Made by a program: the position numbers and the translations under genes. A DNA stretch of 64,000 bases from Sporopachydermia quercuum (lineage: Eukaryota), in contig BCGN01000006.1 in assembly GCA_001599295.1 (NCBI GenBank), positions 248,001 to 312,000 on the forward strand. The letters run 5' to 3'. Position 1 is the first letter of the stretch. Each line of letters opens with the position of its first letter. A model generated the notes under the pieces. It saw only the letters and a program-made list of their open reading frames with translations. It searched no databases and was not told where the DNA came from. Below, in pieces: positions 32,707-45,301 of this stretch.

Positions 32707-34812
32707 CTACTCCTCTTTCTTTTCCTGAGTAACCAGTATTGGGGCAACTCTTCTTTTCTTTTTCTCTGGCATTTTGATCGTAACTCCTCCAATTACAGTA
32801 GTGCTCCCACCACTATTTAAATTCATGCTACCTGCTGGCGTTTGAGGAGGTGTTGATAACGTTGCAAGCAATGAAACTGCGGCAACCTCAGGCACCGGAG
32901 AAACTGTAGGCAACAACGTTTCTAGCTCCTTTTCGTTCCCCGCATCAATCACCTCAGGATTGGTAATGCCGTTGGAATTCGTCTCCTCGACCAAGTCAAC
33001 CACACTCATAGGACTGTTAGTAGCATTGTTGGTAGGACTACTATTAGGTATAGAATTGATGGTGTTAACAGCACTAATGGTATCGTATTTACTGCTATTG
33101 TTGTTGGCAACTCTTTCTGTTTCCACGAACTTTGGAGGTGTAGGAGGCGGAGGAGGTGCTAACGATGTCCTTCTTCCTGTTTTAATAGCATTCGATTTGG
33201 CAGCATCACAGGCCTCGCCCAGTTCACCTTTGTCAAACGTTACAACAGAACAGAAGCCATCAGTTGATGTTATGAATAGTGTGTTCCCATCAGGACTCCA
33301 AGCTAGATCCGTGAACGTTGCATAATGTAGATTGCTGATTACTGCCTTTGGCGATCTCTGCTGGGTGTCATAAATAATGGCGGAATCCTGAGTGGCCACT
33401 GCATACACCATGCGGTAATCGAGGTCGAAAACAGGAGCGTCTCCTTTGATGGCTGCATTACTGGTGCTGCTGCCGGTGCTGGCGTTACTGGCGTTGGTTT
33501 TAGGGGAAGCAGTTCTAGAACTACCGGTGTCCACTGTTAGATTGATAGTATCACTACCACTAGCGTTGCTACTTCTACATAGTTTGTAAATAACAGGAGA
33601 AAAGCTTACTGCTAATGAAGGCTTCTTCATTCCAGGAAGATGTGCTATAGGCGACCGATTCAGACCTGTCCTGGAATATATATAAACTGTGTTGATCATA
33701 TCATCGTTGCCAGCACTTCCTGTGCTGCCTGCAGTAGTGTTTCTAACACTGGTGGATTTGTAAATACCAGAAGGAGTGAGTAATAAAGCTCCGTCGGGCG
33801 AAAATGAAAGCCTGCGAAAAAAAGAAGCAAGTGTTTCGTTGTGATATTGCATGGAAAGCTTCGTAGCTGCTGGGATATTGTCCATGGGCTTGACAGCAGG
33901 CAAGGGAGCTACTGAAGTAGTTATAGGACTAGGGGAAACAGATCTAGCAGTGAAAGACCCAGCAGAAGAGGTAGAGTGTTTCCTGGTATGGCTAGGAGGG
34001 TTCATTGCTGATATCCCTAATGTTGTGGACGAAGTGTTGCTGTCTACCGATGCTGAGATGGCCAGCTCAGCTGAGAACAACTGTGGGGAACTTGTTCCTG
34101 TGCTGGCTCCTGTACTAGTGCCAGAGCTAACTCCTGTAGAAGATCTTTTGATCACTTCAAGCTTGCTAAATTTATTATACGTATTCAAGATAAACTGGCC
34201 TTCTTTGGTCTTTAGTGTATATATATGAACAGATTTATCACTACTTTGAGTAGCTAAATACTCGTTCAAAGGATCCCAACAGACCCCTTGAACATAATGA
34301 TTATGTTCAGCTATCTGACGTACCAACTGGCCTGTAGAAGCATTATATATCCTTGCTATGTTATCCATGGAGCCCGCAAGAATGAACTGTGAATCTGGTG
34401 ACCAACAAAGATCGTATATCTCTGATACTGACAAATGGCATATATGTTTCACTCTCCATGATTCTTTTTCATCTAGATCCTCTGACCCGAATTCTTTAGT
34501 AACAGAAGACCCGTTTAAAGTCCATATAATCACGTTTCCATCATCACCAGCAGACGCTAAAAACTCACCTTTGGGATCAAATCGCACGACGTTCACAGCT
34601 TGAGTGTGTTTAGCTAATGTGCATAGATAAGATACAGATCGCACTTCCTTCTTGTCGTTGGAATATACAAGCCTCCAGATACGTACGTTATTATCACCAC
34701 CACCGGTAGCAAGTCTTGGATTCGATATACTATGAGTGCCTGGTTGGAAGTGAGCTGTATAGATTGGTTGGTTATCGTTGTGCCAATGTACTGTCAGTGT
34801 GGTAGCTTTCAT
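32707..34812 (-). CDS. CAC2: Chromatin assembly factor 1 p60 subunit (WD40)
   Basis: MKATTLTVHWH, RLATGGGDNNVRIW, EHNHYVQGVCWDP, SFFRRLSFSPDGALLLTPSG, NLHYATFTDLAWS and a C-terminal KKRRVAP B-domain-like motif. Confidence 0.95.
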   Translation of the reverse strand: MKATTLTVHWHNDNQPIYTAHFQPGTHSISNPRLATGGGDNNVRIWRLVYSNDKKEVRSVSYLCTLAKHTQAVNVVRFDPKGEFLASAGDDGNVIIWTLNGSSVTKEFGSEDLDEKESWRVKHICHLSVSEIYDLCWSPDSQFILAGSMDNIARIYNASTGQLVRQIAEHNHYVQGVCWDPLNEYLATQSSDKSVHIYTLKTKEGQFILNTYNKFSKLEVIKRSSTGVSSGTSTGASTGTSSPQLFSAELAISASVDSNTSSTTLGISAMNPPSHTRKHSTSSAGSFTARSVSPSPITTSVAPLPAVKPMDNIPAATKLSMQYHNETLASFFRRLSFSPDGALLLTPSGIYKSTSVRNTTAGSTGSAGNDDMINTVYIYSRTGLNRSPIAHLPGMKKPSLAVSFSPVIYKLCRSSNASGSDTINLTVDTGSSRTASPKTNASNASTGSSTSNAAIKGDAPVFDLDYRMVYAVATQDSAIIYDTQQRSPKAVISNLHYATFTDLAWSPDGNTLFITSTDGFCSVVTFDKGELGEACDAAKSNAIKTGRRTSLAPPPPPTPPKFVETERVANNNSSKYDTISAVNTINSIPNSSPTNNATNSPMSVVDLVEETNSNGITNPEVIDAGNEKELETLLPTVSPVPEVAAVSLLATLSTPPQTPAGSMNLNSGGSTTVIGGVTIKMPEKKKRRVAPILVTQEKKEE

Positions 34813-36017
34813 TATGGATGTTTATTANTAATACCTGAGAAAAGGATGATAGAGCAATAGACTACAGTTTTGTCGTTGTTGCAGTTATAGATATTGGACC
34901 TGGCAGTCTTTATTGGAAAACTAGGAATGTAATCACAAGGATAAAACAGGTGTTTATGTTTATGGTTGTCTATGTTTGCTGTCTCCTGTTCGTNGTTTAA
35001 AATTGTTATTANTTTGCAATTGCTGTTCAGTATGCGATGGATACTACCAACGAATCTATNAATTGTACCGCTAACTGTTGCCAGTTTGATGTCACACTGA
35101 TTGGAAGTTTGGCAGCTGACAAATAGCTTGGCTGAATGTCCAATTGATGCTTTGTCAATCTGGCTATCGTTTTTTGTACTGTTATTCTTTAATGATGAAG
35201 CAAAAAAGTATTAATTGATGTATCTATTACCAGAAGGTACCGTACCATAAGAAACAAGGTAGGAGCGCTTAGAGAGTGAGATAGAGCGATGAGGAAGATG
35301 ACAGGATTCAATGCCGAGTTTTACTTGATCACGTATATTTGAGTACACAAGATGTCAGTCAATTACTGATGATATAAGGGAATTCCAAATTGGTTATTTT
35401 TTTCTTCTTGAACACCAGACAATGATAGAGACGGTATAGACAAAGACTTATATCGTGTTCTTTTCTGTTGAAATCAAAATAATTTTCGATTGTCCAAGTA
35501 TTATTTTTAATCTAATGCTAGATGTTTTGATATCAATTTTTTTTTTAATTGCATTCTTTTGAAGTCTTCTTATGAGGGAAGTCTTTCGTGTATACGGAAG
35601 TAATAGATGGAGATTATTTATTATATTAGTCAGTTTTATGTTCAGTTCATGATTTTTTATGTATTATTTAGTCAATTCAGCACGCTTGTCAAATTCCCGC
35701 TGGATTGAACCTACAGTCAGCGGTGCCGATGCTAGTGCTAAGAAAAAGTTATTATCTTGAAGATAGAAGGAATAGTCTTAGTGCCATGACGATGCTTTGT
35801 ACCGNAAAGCGTTGTTGGCCGGGGTGTTCCAACATTATACAATCGTCACCTGTTTATAGTAATTTCAATGTATTTAAAGTGGAACTTGGGATAGAAAAAA
35901 GTGTTCAACGATTCAATTGAAAGAATGAAATGGTAGAAGAACAAAAAAATAATNTATTTATATATCGTAGTTAAGATGTCTAACGTTAACATACCTATCT
36001 CAGGTGATAAAAACATA

Positions 36018-36090
36018 TGCCTCGAGCCGGAGTCGAACCGACGATCTTAACATTACTAGTGTTACGCCTTACCAACTTGGCCATCAAGGC
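36018..36090 (-). tRNA. tRNA-Thr (AGT)
   Basis: GCCTTGATGGCCAAGTTGGTAAGGCG TAACA CTAGTAA TGTTA AGATCGTCGGTTCGACTCCGGCTCGAGGCA: cloverleaf, A/B boxes and a downstream T-run. Confidence 0.95.
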
Positions 36091-37214
36091 TCGTGGAACA
36101 ATTTATGATACGGGAATATAAGTGTAGGTAATGAAAATAATAATTGAAGTATTCGTTTTTGTTAAGTTACTTATTTGAATATAAACAAGATCATTCAATA
36201 AGATTTTATCAAGAATTTCAATTCAATCTTTCTTAATAAACCTGCATTTCTTAGTCCCCATTTTCTGTTACTTATCCATCCCATAGTACCTTTTTCCAAC
36301 TTGGGTTTGGTACCAGCATACTCTCACTTAGAGAAGATCTCTCAAACCAACGTAGATCCATGAAGAGCTGGGCATTGTATTAAATAGGATATATGCTGAA
36401 TAGCTGGATAGGTCTAGTTCATATATAATCACGATATCGATTGTTTGGTGTGAAAAATTGGGTATTCATTTGTTTCTTCGAGTGAATTATCTACTAGTGC
36501 TTGATGTTCTTTGATCCTGCGTATATCTCGGATAATATTTCAGTGACATATGCACTCAGAAAGCAATTGTCAATAATAAATTCCAAATCCGAGCAGTATT
36601 CATCAGTCGCTTAATACAATTACAAAAATCCACATTGATCAAAAATTTCTATTCGGTAATTAGCATCTAAATTGTGCAAAACAACCGGCGCGGTTACTCG
36701 AGTTGAAGAAAAAGTAAACTGACTTTGCACAATTAGTATTACTTGTAATGCACCCCGTACGGCCTGCTGTGAAAGAATAAACAGATCCACAAACGAGTGT
36801 TTTTACTCTTATAAATGGTTCCTAGAATAAGTTCGGTTATTGTATTTGTCTAAGTAGCTCCAAGAATAGAATCAGAAGTACGCCAGAAAGCAAAAACATC
36901 TACCGAATAGTAATTTTTTGATTCAATTTCTTTCATAGGCAATTCAGGCAAAAACTTCTGCCAGGACTTTCACATGCAAATCAACAAAAAACTGCCAAGT
37001 ATTACGTGTTTGTATTACACATTATTCTACTATAAATAACCTAGCGTCCAGCTGCTTATCTTGCTTTATTATTCCTCTTATATATCATTAGATAGGTATA
37101 TAGCACTAATGGCTTACGGAGAAAAANAACAGTTAATCACTAATAGGACAAAANTAGAAGAGTCTCATTACTAGAGAGAGTTATAAGGTATATTTAGCCC
37201 GCAACTGCTCGTAA

Positions 37215-37308
37215 GCCCGCGTGGCGTAATGGTTAGCGCGTCAGACTTCTATAGGAGTTTCTTGAGATTGCAATCTGAAGATTGTGGGTTCGACTCCCAC
37301 CGTGGGTG
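37215..37308 (+). tRNA. tRNA-Arg (TCT) with a 21-nt intron at about 37252-37272
   Basis: GCCCGCG...TCAGA CT TCT A [intron] A TCTGA...GGTTCGACTCC...CGTGGGTG, followed by an oligo-T Pol III terminator. Confidence 0.93.
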
Positions 37309-37982
37309 CATTTTTTTCTTTTTTCATTTCTTCTAATACCTATCAATTTTTTTCTTCTATATCTTAATAATTTCGAAATAGTCACTCTAGCTTAAAACTA
37401 TACAAAAATTTCGTCAAACAAGCAATTACTGCGGTTATTCGATGCATAAATCTATGCTAATATGTATGTTCCGTGCAGAGTCTCTGTTCACATCTCTCCA
37501 TGATCTTGATTCATGAGGTTATAGCCTGGAGATTATAATTACCGTAATCTCGTCCTCCGACGATCAAATCAGATTTCCAGGCAAATCTTATAGTTCATAT
37601 ATAAGATGTTTTATCAAAAATCTAGATTACAAGCACTCTGAATACTTTTTCATAGGACTGTTATTCTTTCAATTTTATCATTCCCCATAGGTCTCTGCCG
37701 CTCAATTCCTAGATTTACGCTGCTCCCATTTCTGGTGTAATTTCAAGCATTAAATTATTTTTCTTTCCTTTTCCCTCCCAACTCCCAACATGAGACGATT
37801 CTGTTATCCCTGTACATTACTATGATCAATCGACACAATCTCTTGAACAATCCCATTGACATTGATAACTTATAAATCATTAATATATCGACATATTGAT
37901 AACAATAGCATGACATAAGTATTTCAACACATTTGCGATTTACTACGAACTTGAAACTGCATTACATAACATTACACACATT

Positions 37983-38519
37983 ATGAGGTACGTATGCGTC
38001 TTCACTATTTATTCATTTTAAGAACCATCAATATATGTACAATTGTGCAAGCAATCATAATGATATTTTCGAATTGACTAACAAGAATAATAGCGAACTA
38101 CTGAATAAGCCGCGATCAGAGCTAAGCGAGGAAGAGCTAGCAAAATTGGAAGAATATGAGTTCAAGCATGGTCCTTTATCAGTGCTACAGTATGCAGTGA
38201 AAAGCCGGACTCAAGTATTAATTTCGTGCAGGAACAATAAAAAGCTGCTTGCTAGAGTTAAAGCGTTTGACAGACATTCAAATATGGTTTTAGAGAATGT
38301 AAAAGAGGTATGTTTGATTGCACATTACGAGATTAATAGACATTGGTTACCATATTATGAACGTCCATTTCATGTTTAATACTAACAAAGATATAGATGT
38401 GGACAGAATATCCTAGGACGTCAAAAGGAAAGAAAGGGAAGCCTGTAAATAAGGATAGATTTATCAGCAAAATGTTTTTGAGAGGCGATTCAGTCGTTTT
38501 GGTGTTGAAGAGCACGTAA
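37983..38519 (+). CDS. SMD2: Sm D2 snRNP core protein; exons 37983-37987, 38094-38307 and 38397-38519
   Basis: Spliced MSELLNKPR...GPLSVL...[31 protein letters not shown]...[18 protein letters not shown]. Introns are GTACGT..GACTAAC..TAG and GTATGT..TACTAAC..TAG. Confidence 0.95.
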
Positions 38520-39328
38520 TTAAGAGCTCGCTGCACTTCTCCACTCATCCAGTCATACATACATTGTAACAATAGTTTAATCATCATTTCGGTATAACAC
38601 ATGAGAAAGAAAATGAGCCACAAAATTTTAGGTCTCTCGAAGTATAAGTGTAGCAGATAATAGCAATCAGCGCCTTAATTTTTAATATAATGATCCAAGA
38701 AATGGCTCATCGCGGAAGGATTTGGTGTTTACCAAACTAAGCATCACTACTATCCAAAGATTGCGAGCCTCGAGGTTTGCAATTAATTGAATATAAAATA
38801 CACTTTCCAGTATTAGAACGAAATTCGTTCAACATTTCATCTGCTTTTTGATTTTATGTTGCATAGAGTATCTATAATATGTTCTTCTCACACTGCTAGT
38901 TTTCCAGCTACCTTTGTCATAGAATTCGCAACTCCCAACTGCCACNTTTTAACAAAACGTAAAACAGAAGCGTTTTCAGTTTTCAGCTTTCAGTTCTTTC
39001 ACTTTTCAATTTCCACCTAATAATCAATTGATCGGTTCATTTATTTATCTTATTATTATAAGAATTCCTACTTATAACCCATAGACAGACCCTTCTATGT
39101 CAGCAGACCCCAGTGAATAGACCCTCGATCAAACTCTCGTTCTCTCCTCCATCAAACTGTTTCTTCCCTCTCATTTACTATTCATCAACTACATATTAAA
39201 AGTGCCCTTCAAACATATGAATGCTACTAGTGAATCATTAAATTATCCTAGAAACAACCCATATAAGTAGTGTATACAAGCCAGTTTTTTCTGGCCGCGG
39301 AGGAATTATATTTTCTTGTATTCCTTCA

Positions 39329-41498
39329 ATGCGTAGCTTACGCTCCACATCNATCTCTGTCCTACCAGCTACAACAGTAGCTATGAACACACCAGCTAGG
39401 CATATTTTCACCAGTTGTTTGCNGCAAAGCAGAAGAAAAAGGGTTTCTAGAAGTTTTGATGACGGAAGTTCATTTCTAAGGGTTCCAGCACACACGAGCA
39501 CTAAACATATAAAGAGGTTTTCTACTAGCTGCTTATTGAATGGTCCGGGTGACAAAGAGGTAATATCACAGGAACTACAAGACAAAATAGCAAATATTCC
39601 TGCTGAACGCTATAGGAATTTTTCAATCGTGGCTCACATTGTAAGTTTGAGATTTTAATACGTGTTTGGTTGTGTTAATGATAATTGATTGTTTATTGAT
39701 CGAAGCACATCTGAGTATTTCGTCCATACTAACATAATAGGACCATGGGAAATCTACATTAAGTGACAGACTATTGGAGCTAACAGGTGTGATTGAACCA
39801 GGATCTTCGGGACAAGTCTTGGATAAGCTAGAAGTTGAAAGAGAAAGGGGGATCACTGTTAAAGCTCAAACATGTTCTATGATCTACAATTATAAAGGGC
39901 TTGACTATCTGCTTCATTTGGTGGATACTCCAGGCCATGTTGACTTCCGTGCAGAAGTTTCAAGATCCTATGCTTCCTGTAAAGGAGCTTTACTATTAGT
40001 TGATGCGTCACAAGGTATTCAAGCTCAAACAGTGGCTAATTTCTTCCTGGCGTATAGTATGGGTTTAAAACTGATCCCAGTTATCAATAAGGTNGATTTA
40101 GATTCAGCTGACATCCCCAGAGCTATAGAGCAGATTGAAACAACATTTGAGCTTGATCCAAAGGATACGATACCTGTTTCTGCAAAAACAGGCTATAATG
40201 TAGAGAAATTGTTGCCCGCAGTCATAGAAAGAATACCACCACCAGATTGCAACCTAGAGAAACCTTTGAGATGTCTATTAGTTGATTCTTGGTATGATTC
40301 ATACCAAGGTGTTATCCTCTTAGTACACGTTGTAGATGGTACCTTAAAAAAGGGTCAAAAGATTGTTTCAGCTCATACTCAAGCTAAATACGACGTGAAA
40401 GACGTGGGGATTATGTATCCCAATCCTGTATCAACAGACGGTATAAAAGCAGGCCAAGTAGGATTTGTTGTTCCTGGAATGAAAGAAAGTACTATGGCTC
40501 GAATCGGTGATACGTTTATGCACGTTGGCAAGGAAGTTGAACCTTTACCAGGTTTCGAGGAAACAAAGCCAATGGTGTTTGTTGGAGCTTTTCCTACTGA
40601 TGGCAAAGATTTCAGAAGCTTAGATGAGAGTATCAATAATTTGGTATTAAACGATAGAAGCGTCACGATTCAAAGAGAAACATCAAATGCCTTAGGNCAA
40701 GGCTGGAGACTGGGTTTTTTAGGCTCATTACATGCTGCTGTTTTCAAAGAAAGATTGGAGAAAGAATATGGTGCCTCTTTGATCATCACTGCCCCAACAG
40801 TGCCATACAAAGTGATATGGAGAGATGGTACTGAGACTGTATTACGGAACCCTGATGATTTCCCTGACTTACAAGCTATTTCAACAAAGGTGCAGCATCT
40901 ACAGGAACCATNTGTCGAAGCTATTNTAACTATTCCTCAGGAATATTTAGGAGCAGCTATAAAAGTATGTGATGCTGCCAGAGGTGAGCAAATAGAAATT
41001 CAGTTTCTTAACGTTCAGCAATGCCTATTAAGATATTTAATCCCAATGTCTCAATTAGTTGACGATTTATTTGGTAAATTGAAAGGCGCAACTAAAGGAT
41101 ATGCTTCTTTAGATTACGATGATGCCGGATATAGGACGTCTGATTTAGTTAAGCTGGAGTTATTGGTTAATGGACAAGGGATTGATGCTCTGGCCCAGAT
41201 TATGCATAGATCAGAAGTTGAACTGAAAGGAAGGGAATGGGTAAAGAAGTTTAAGGAGTTCTTAAGGTACCAATTGTTTGAAGTCATTATCCAAGCAAGA
41301 GCCGGAAATAGAATTATATCTCGTGAAACAATTAAAGCTAAGAGAAAGGACGTCTTGGCCAAGTTACATGCTGCAGATATATCAAGAAGAAAAAAGCTAT
41401 TGAAGAACCAAAAGGAAGGAAAAAAGAATTTACAGAACACAGGTAAAGTCCTTATACCTAACGAGGCTTACCAAGGGTTCTTGTCAAGAAATAAGTAA
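39329..41498 (+). CDS. GUF1: Mitochondrial translation factor Guf1 (LepA/EF4); intron 39641-39740
   Basis: Splicing GTAAGT...TACTAAC ATAA TAG restores [20 protein letters not shown]. Also has [20 protein letters not shown] and the LepA C-terminus. The exact start ATG (39329 vs 39383) is uncertain. Confidence 0.95.
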
Positions 41499-42410
41499 GG
41501 CAAGAGATAAGTTAGATGGAGAAAAAGAGGGTGAGGAGAGGAGTATGTTTGATCTTGTGAATGCTTTAAAGCACTGTTCAAGAAAATTAATAAATTATAG
41601 GTGGTTAGGACTGTTGTGATATGATAGTGGTAATTCTTGTATATATAGAAAATGACAACTTTGCATATAATAATAATGGACAGGTCTGAGTTCCAGAAAA
41701 CTTTGGATTAATCTCAAGGAATATANTATTTAGTATTATTTGTAGGTTGAGCATATGTTGGTGTTACATCTTATTTATTAATTAGNTTCTAAAAGTGCAT
41801 TATTAGCATTATTAATGAATAGAGTTGGTGATACATTCTTTTAGTTATCTCATTTTATTATTTATTTATAAATAAAAGGGGGTTGATATAATATTTATGG
41901 GTAAATATGAAATGTTGAGAATCGAAATGGTGTATATTATCACTCGAAAACTCATCCCGTAATTGGATTATTGATCGCGAATGTCCAACGTTAAGTAAAA
42001 AATCAGATGAATACTTTCATTGCAGTGCTAATAGTAGCAAGACATCAATAGCTTCCTAACTACAAATTCAATTCATTACCAACATCTAACTACAGCACAG
42101 GCTTACGACAACTTTGAGAGAAAGCAGCCACACATTTTCTATTTCCATTCTCAGGCGTTTAGTTTTGGCATTTAACTTAGGCACTTAACTCACTATCCAC
42201 AATGGACCGCCATAGAATCTAAAAGAACCATCATCAAACGTAACAGCTGATCTGAAGTTGATATTCCCGAACACACTGCCATTCCTTATCNATTCCTTTA
42301 TTTTTGTCTCATATTAGGGGTAAGCAAACAAACTACAAAGTCTCTCAGCATTACCCTCCAAATTAATTGTGCTCTACAGTTTTTCACACTGACATCAAAA
42401 ATTTATAATG

Positions 42411-42430
42411 TGACTGATTGTATGTGACTC
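42411..42430 (+). promoter_or_regulatory. Gcn4-type TGACTC (42425-42430) plus TGACTG upstream of SER1
   Basis: Motif match about 270 bp upstream of an amino-acid biosynthesis gene. Confidence 0.45.
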
Positions 42431-42650
42431 TTTACATTCCAGCCATTACTTTCATGTACTTTGAACATTCATTGGCTTCATATCATATTAGGTCATTCCT
42501 CCTGAACTATCGACTGTTTGTTCACCATAATAACAGAAGTAATTGACCATAAATACATTGTTTTTAGTTGGTGATTGTCTATCTACTGGCAGAAAAGTTT
42601 GAAGCATCAGATTAAGACTTATCCCAGGCTGATCATTATCAACACAATCG

Positions 42651-42683
42651 TATAACACTACTATAACGCTACTATAACGCTAC
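42651..42683 (+). repeat. Three tandem copies of an 11-bp unit (TATAACRCTAC) just before the SER1 ATG
   Basis: tataacactac tataacgctac tataacgctac. Confidence 0.8.
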
Positions 42684-42695
42684 AAAGTGTTCATA

Positions 42696-44008
42696 ATGTC
42701 CTTGGAAAGAAGCGAGCCCAACTATTTTGGTGCAGGACCAGCATTACTTCCTACAGATGTTTTACAGCAAGTCGCTGCTGACCTCATAAACTACTCAAAC
42801 CAAGGAATTGGAGTAGGTGAAATCTCTCACAGATCTGGACCTGCTACTGACATCATCAACAATGCTAAAGACAGTCTGAAATCATTATTGGATGTCCCTG
42901 ATACTCACGAAGTGTTTTTCTTACAAGGCGGTGGCACTGGAGGTTTTTCCTGCGTTGTGTATAACTTGCTTGCTTCATTTGCTAAGAAATCTGGTAAAAA
43001 GGGTAAAGTCGATTACTTTATTACTGGTGCTTGGAGTAAAAAGGCATACGAAGAAGCGGTTAGATTAGGATGTGATGCTCACGTCGTCGCTGANTCAAGA
43101 GAGTTCAACGATGGTAAATTTGGTATAATTCCTGATAAGAAAGAATGGAAGTTTTCAAACCCNGAGGAAACTGCATATGTTTATTATTGTGATAATGAGA
43201 CCGTTGGAGGTGTTGAATTCAAAGAAGTTCCAGAAGTACCTGAAAATATTGAGATTGTCGCCGATATGTCTTCAAACATTCTTTCAAGAAAGGTCGATGT
43301 CAGTAAATATGGATTAATATTGGTAAGTGTTTTTTTGAAATAGTTGAACAGGAAGGTTAAAATAAAAATAGATCAACAATGAAAACATAAAGGGGATGCT
43401 TTCTATCTATCCTCTCTGTTTTTAATCNTATAATATGATATAATATTAACATTAGCAAGGCCGGAGCCCAGAANAACGTTGGTATTGCAGGAATTACAAT
43501 TTACATCATCAAAAAATCTTTACTAGAACAAGCTTCCGAAGAAGAAAGGAGAAAACTGTCCATTCCATTACCTCCTATCGCTTTCGACTTTCCAACTGTT
43601 GTAAAGAATAACTCTGCGTACAACACTATCCCTATAGTGGCTATCCATGTGATTCAATTGGTATGCGAAAAGCTGATCCAACAAGGAGGCCTTGCAAAAC
43701 AAGAAGAAATTAGCAACAGAAAAGCAGATAAGTTATACAGTGTGTTAGATAAATACCCAAGTGTTTTCAACCTCCCTGTTGAGAAGTCAGTTAGAAGTAA
43801 GATGAACATTGTGTTTACATTAAAAGGTGATGATACTATTGAACAAAAGTTCCTTAAGGAATCCAGTGATAAGAATCTCAAGGGTCTCAAGGGTCATAGA
43901 AGTGTTGGAGGTATCCGTGTCAGTAACTATAACGCGGTATCTGAAGAGAGTATTGATTTGCTAGTTGATTTCATTGAACAATTTGCGAAAGAAGTATCTG
44001 GAGCATAA
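42696..44008 (+). CDS. SER1: Phosphoserine aminotransferase; exons 42696-43322 and 43460-44008
   Basis: [41 protein letters not shown]|AGAQxNVG (PLP-lysine motif; that codon contains an N) and [15 protein letters not shown]. Confidence 0.95.
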
Positions 44009-44482
44009 GTGAATGTCATCTTATAGAGAGCTAAGATGTTTGTATATCAAAATAATAATCAATGTATAGTGAGAAAACCAAGTAGACTTCTAAGAATTGA
44101 TCATTGAAATAGCACGAAAAGGAGGTTTGATGGAATTATATATAATCATCATCAAAACCTTTGTATTATGTAATATGCTAGCTTATTAGAATATGTGAAG
44201 GGTTTCTCTATCGTTTCCAAAGTTTGTAGTAACGTTAGCATTAGCATCAGCATTAACATCTTCTAAATATACAGTAAATTTTAATTCAACGTGCAATTCA
44301 TCATAAATTTCACATTTACAAAGCTTTCATGGCAATTATGTTACCAATACTCAACCTGTACACCCAGCATGCATATCTCCTATATATCACCCATTCTCTA
44401 TTATACATTCTTCAACATGAAATATCAATAAATATGCAATTAAAATGAATTGTGGAGTCATCAAAGAAAACCAACTCACTCT

Positions 44483-45301
44483 TCAAGAGTCTTTTCCTCC
44501 TATAAGGAACATTCCTTCACCATAATCATTAACAGTCCTAAGTCCTAATGCTTCATTCTCAGATAGAACCATCATCAGATCGTCACTCAATTCACAAAAC
44601 TTTTGAGCGAACCTCCAGTCTTTAGAATCAACTACTACAGTGCAAACCATCAGATCGTCATTTCCTTCATAGTCCACCTGTACTTTCTTCTTGAGCTTTA
44701 TGGAGACTTTCCTGAATGCATCATCAAGCCCAATTGACAGATTGCCAAGGCTATCTAACGATACCCGTACTCTTTCGCCTTTATAACGTTCCAACTGCTT
44801 AAATACAACAGCAACATATGATGGCAATGCTGCAACCAAAGACTGATCACCAACATAAAGCTCAGGAATATTTAATTCACCATAGATCAATCTAATCGGC
44901 AGATCAAATTGGTATACTCGTGAGCTTTTAGCAAATTCGCCTGCATCTGTGTAACTCATGCTAAGACTAACGATTGTCCCCGATGAAAGTTTTCTTGCTT
45001 TCAATCTCATAGAAACAGTTTCTGCCGTTGACCTTTCAAAGTTCCTTAATGCTGTTAAAAACATGTCTATACTTAGTTCACAGTCAATTGATGGATGTTT
45101 CTTTTCGCATATATACGTGGTGAATATCTTGCTTGATTCAAATGTAAAGCAAGCCTTAGGCTGACCTAAAGCTGTTGACCAGATTATGAAAGAATCTTCC
45201 AGGAATTTGAAAACAGCTGTTTTCCTTAATCCATAAATGATTTCACAGATTGATCTCAACGACACCGATGATTCTTTGTTGATAGATGTAAGTAATCTCA
45301 T
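44483..45301 (-). CDS. MEC3: 9-1-1 checkpoint clamp subunit Mec3/Hus1 (divergent)
   Basis: 272 aa PCNA-fold size. MRLLTSI...LRKTAVFKF...QP...IFTTYIC...IDCELSIDMFLTALRNF...MRL...FDLPIRL...PEL follows the Hus1/Mec3 pattern. Confidence 0.7.
   Translation of the reverse strand: MRLLTSINKESSVSLRSICEIIYGLRKTAVFKFLEDSFIIWSTALGQPKACFTFESSKIFTTYICEKKHPSIDCELSIDMFLTALRNFERSTAETVSMRLKARKLSSGTIVSLSMSYTDAGEFAKSSRVYQFDLPIRLIYGELNIPELYVGDQSLVAALPSYVAVVFKQLERYKGERVRVSLDSLGNLSIGLDDAFRKVSIKLKKKVQVDYEGNDDLMVCTVVVDSKDWRFAQKFCELSDDLMMVLSENEALGLRTVNDYGEGMFLIGGKDS

Noticed and set aside
38094..38307. Possible alternative yeast genetic code (CUG = Ser/Ala)
   Set aside because: CTG encodes the conserved Leu in SmD2 [12 protein letters not shown] and in ELLNKP, consistent with the standard code.
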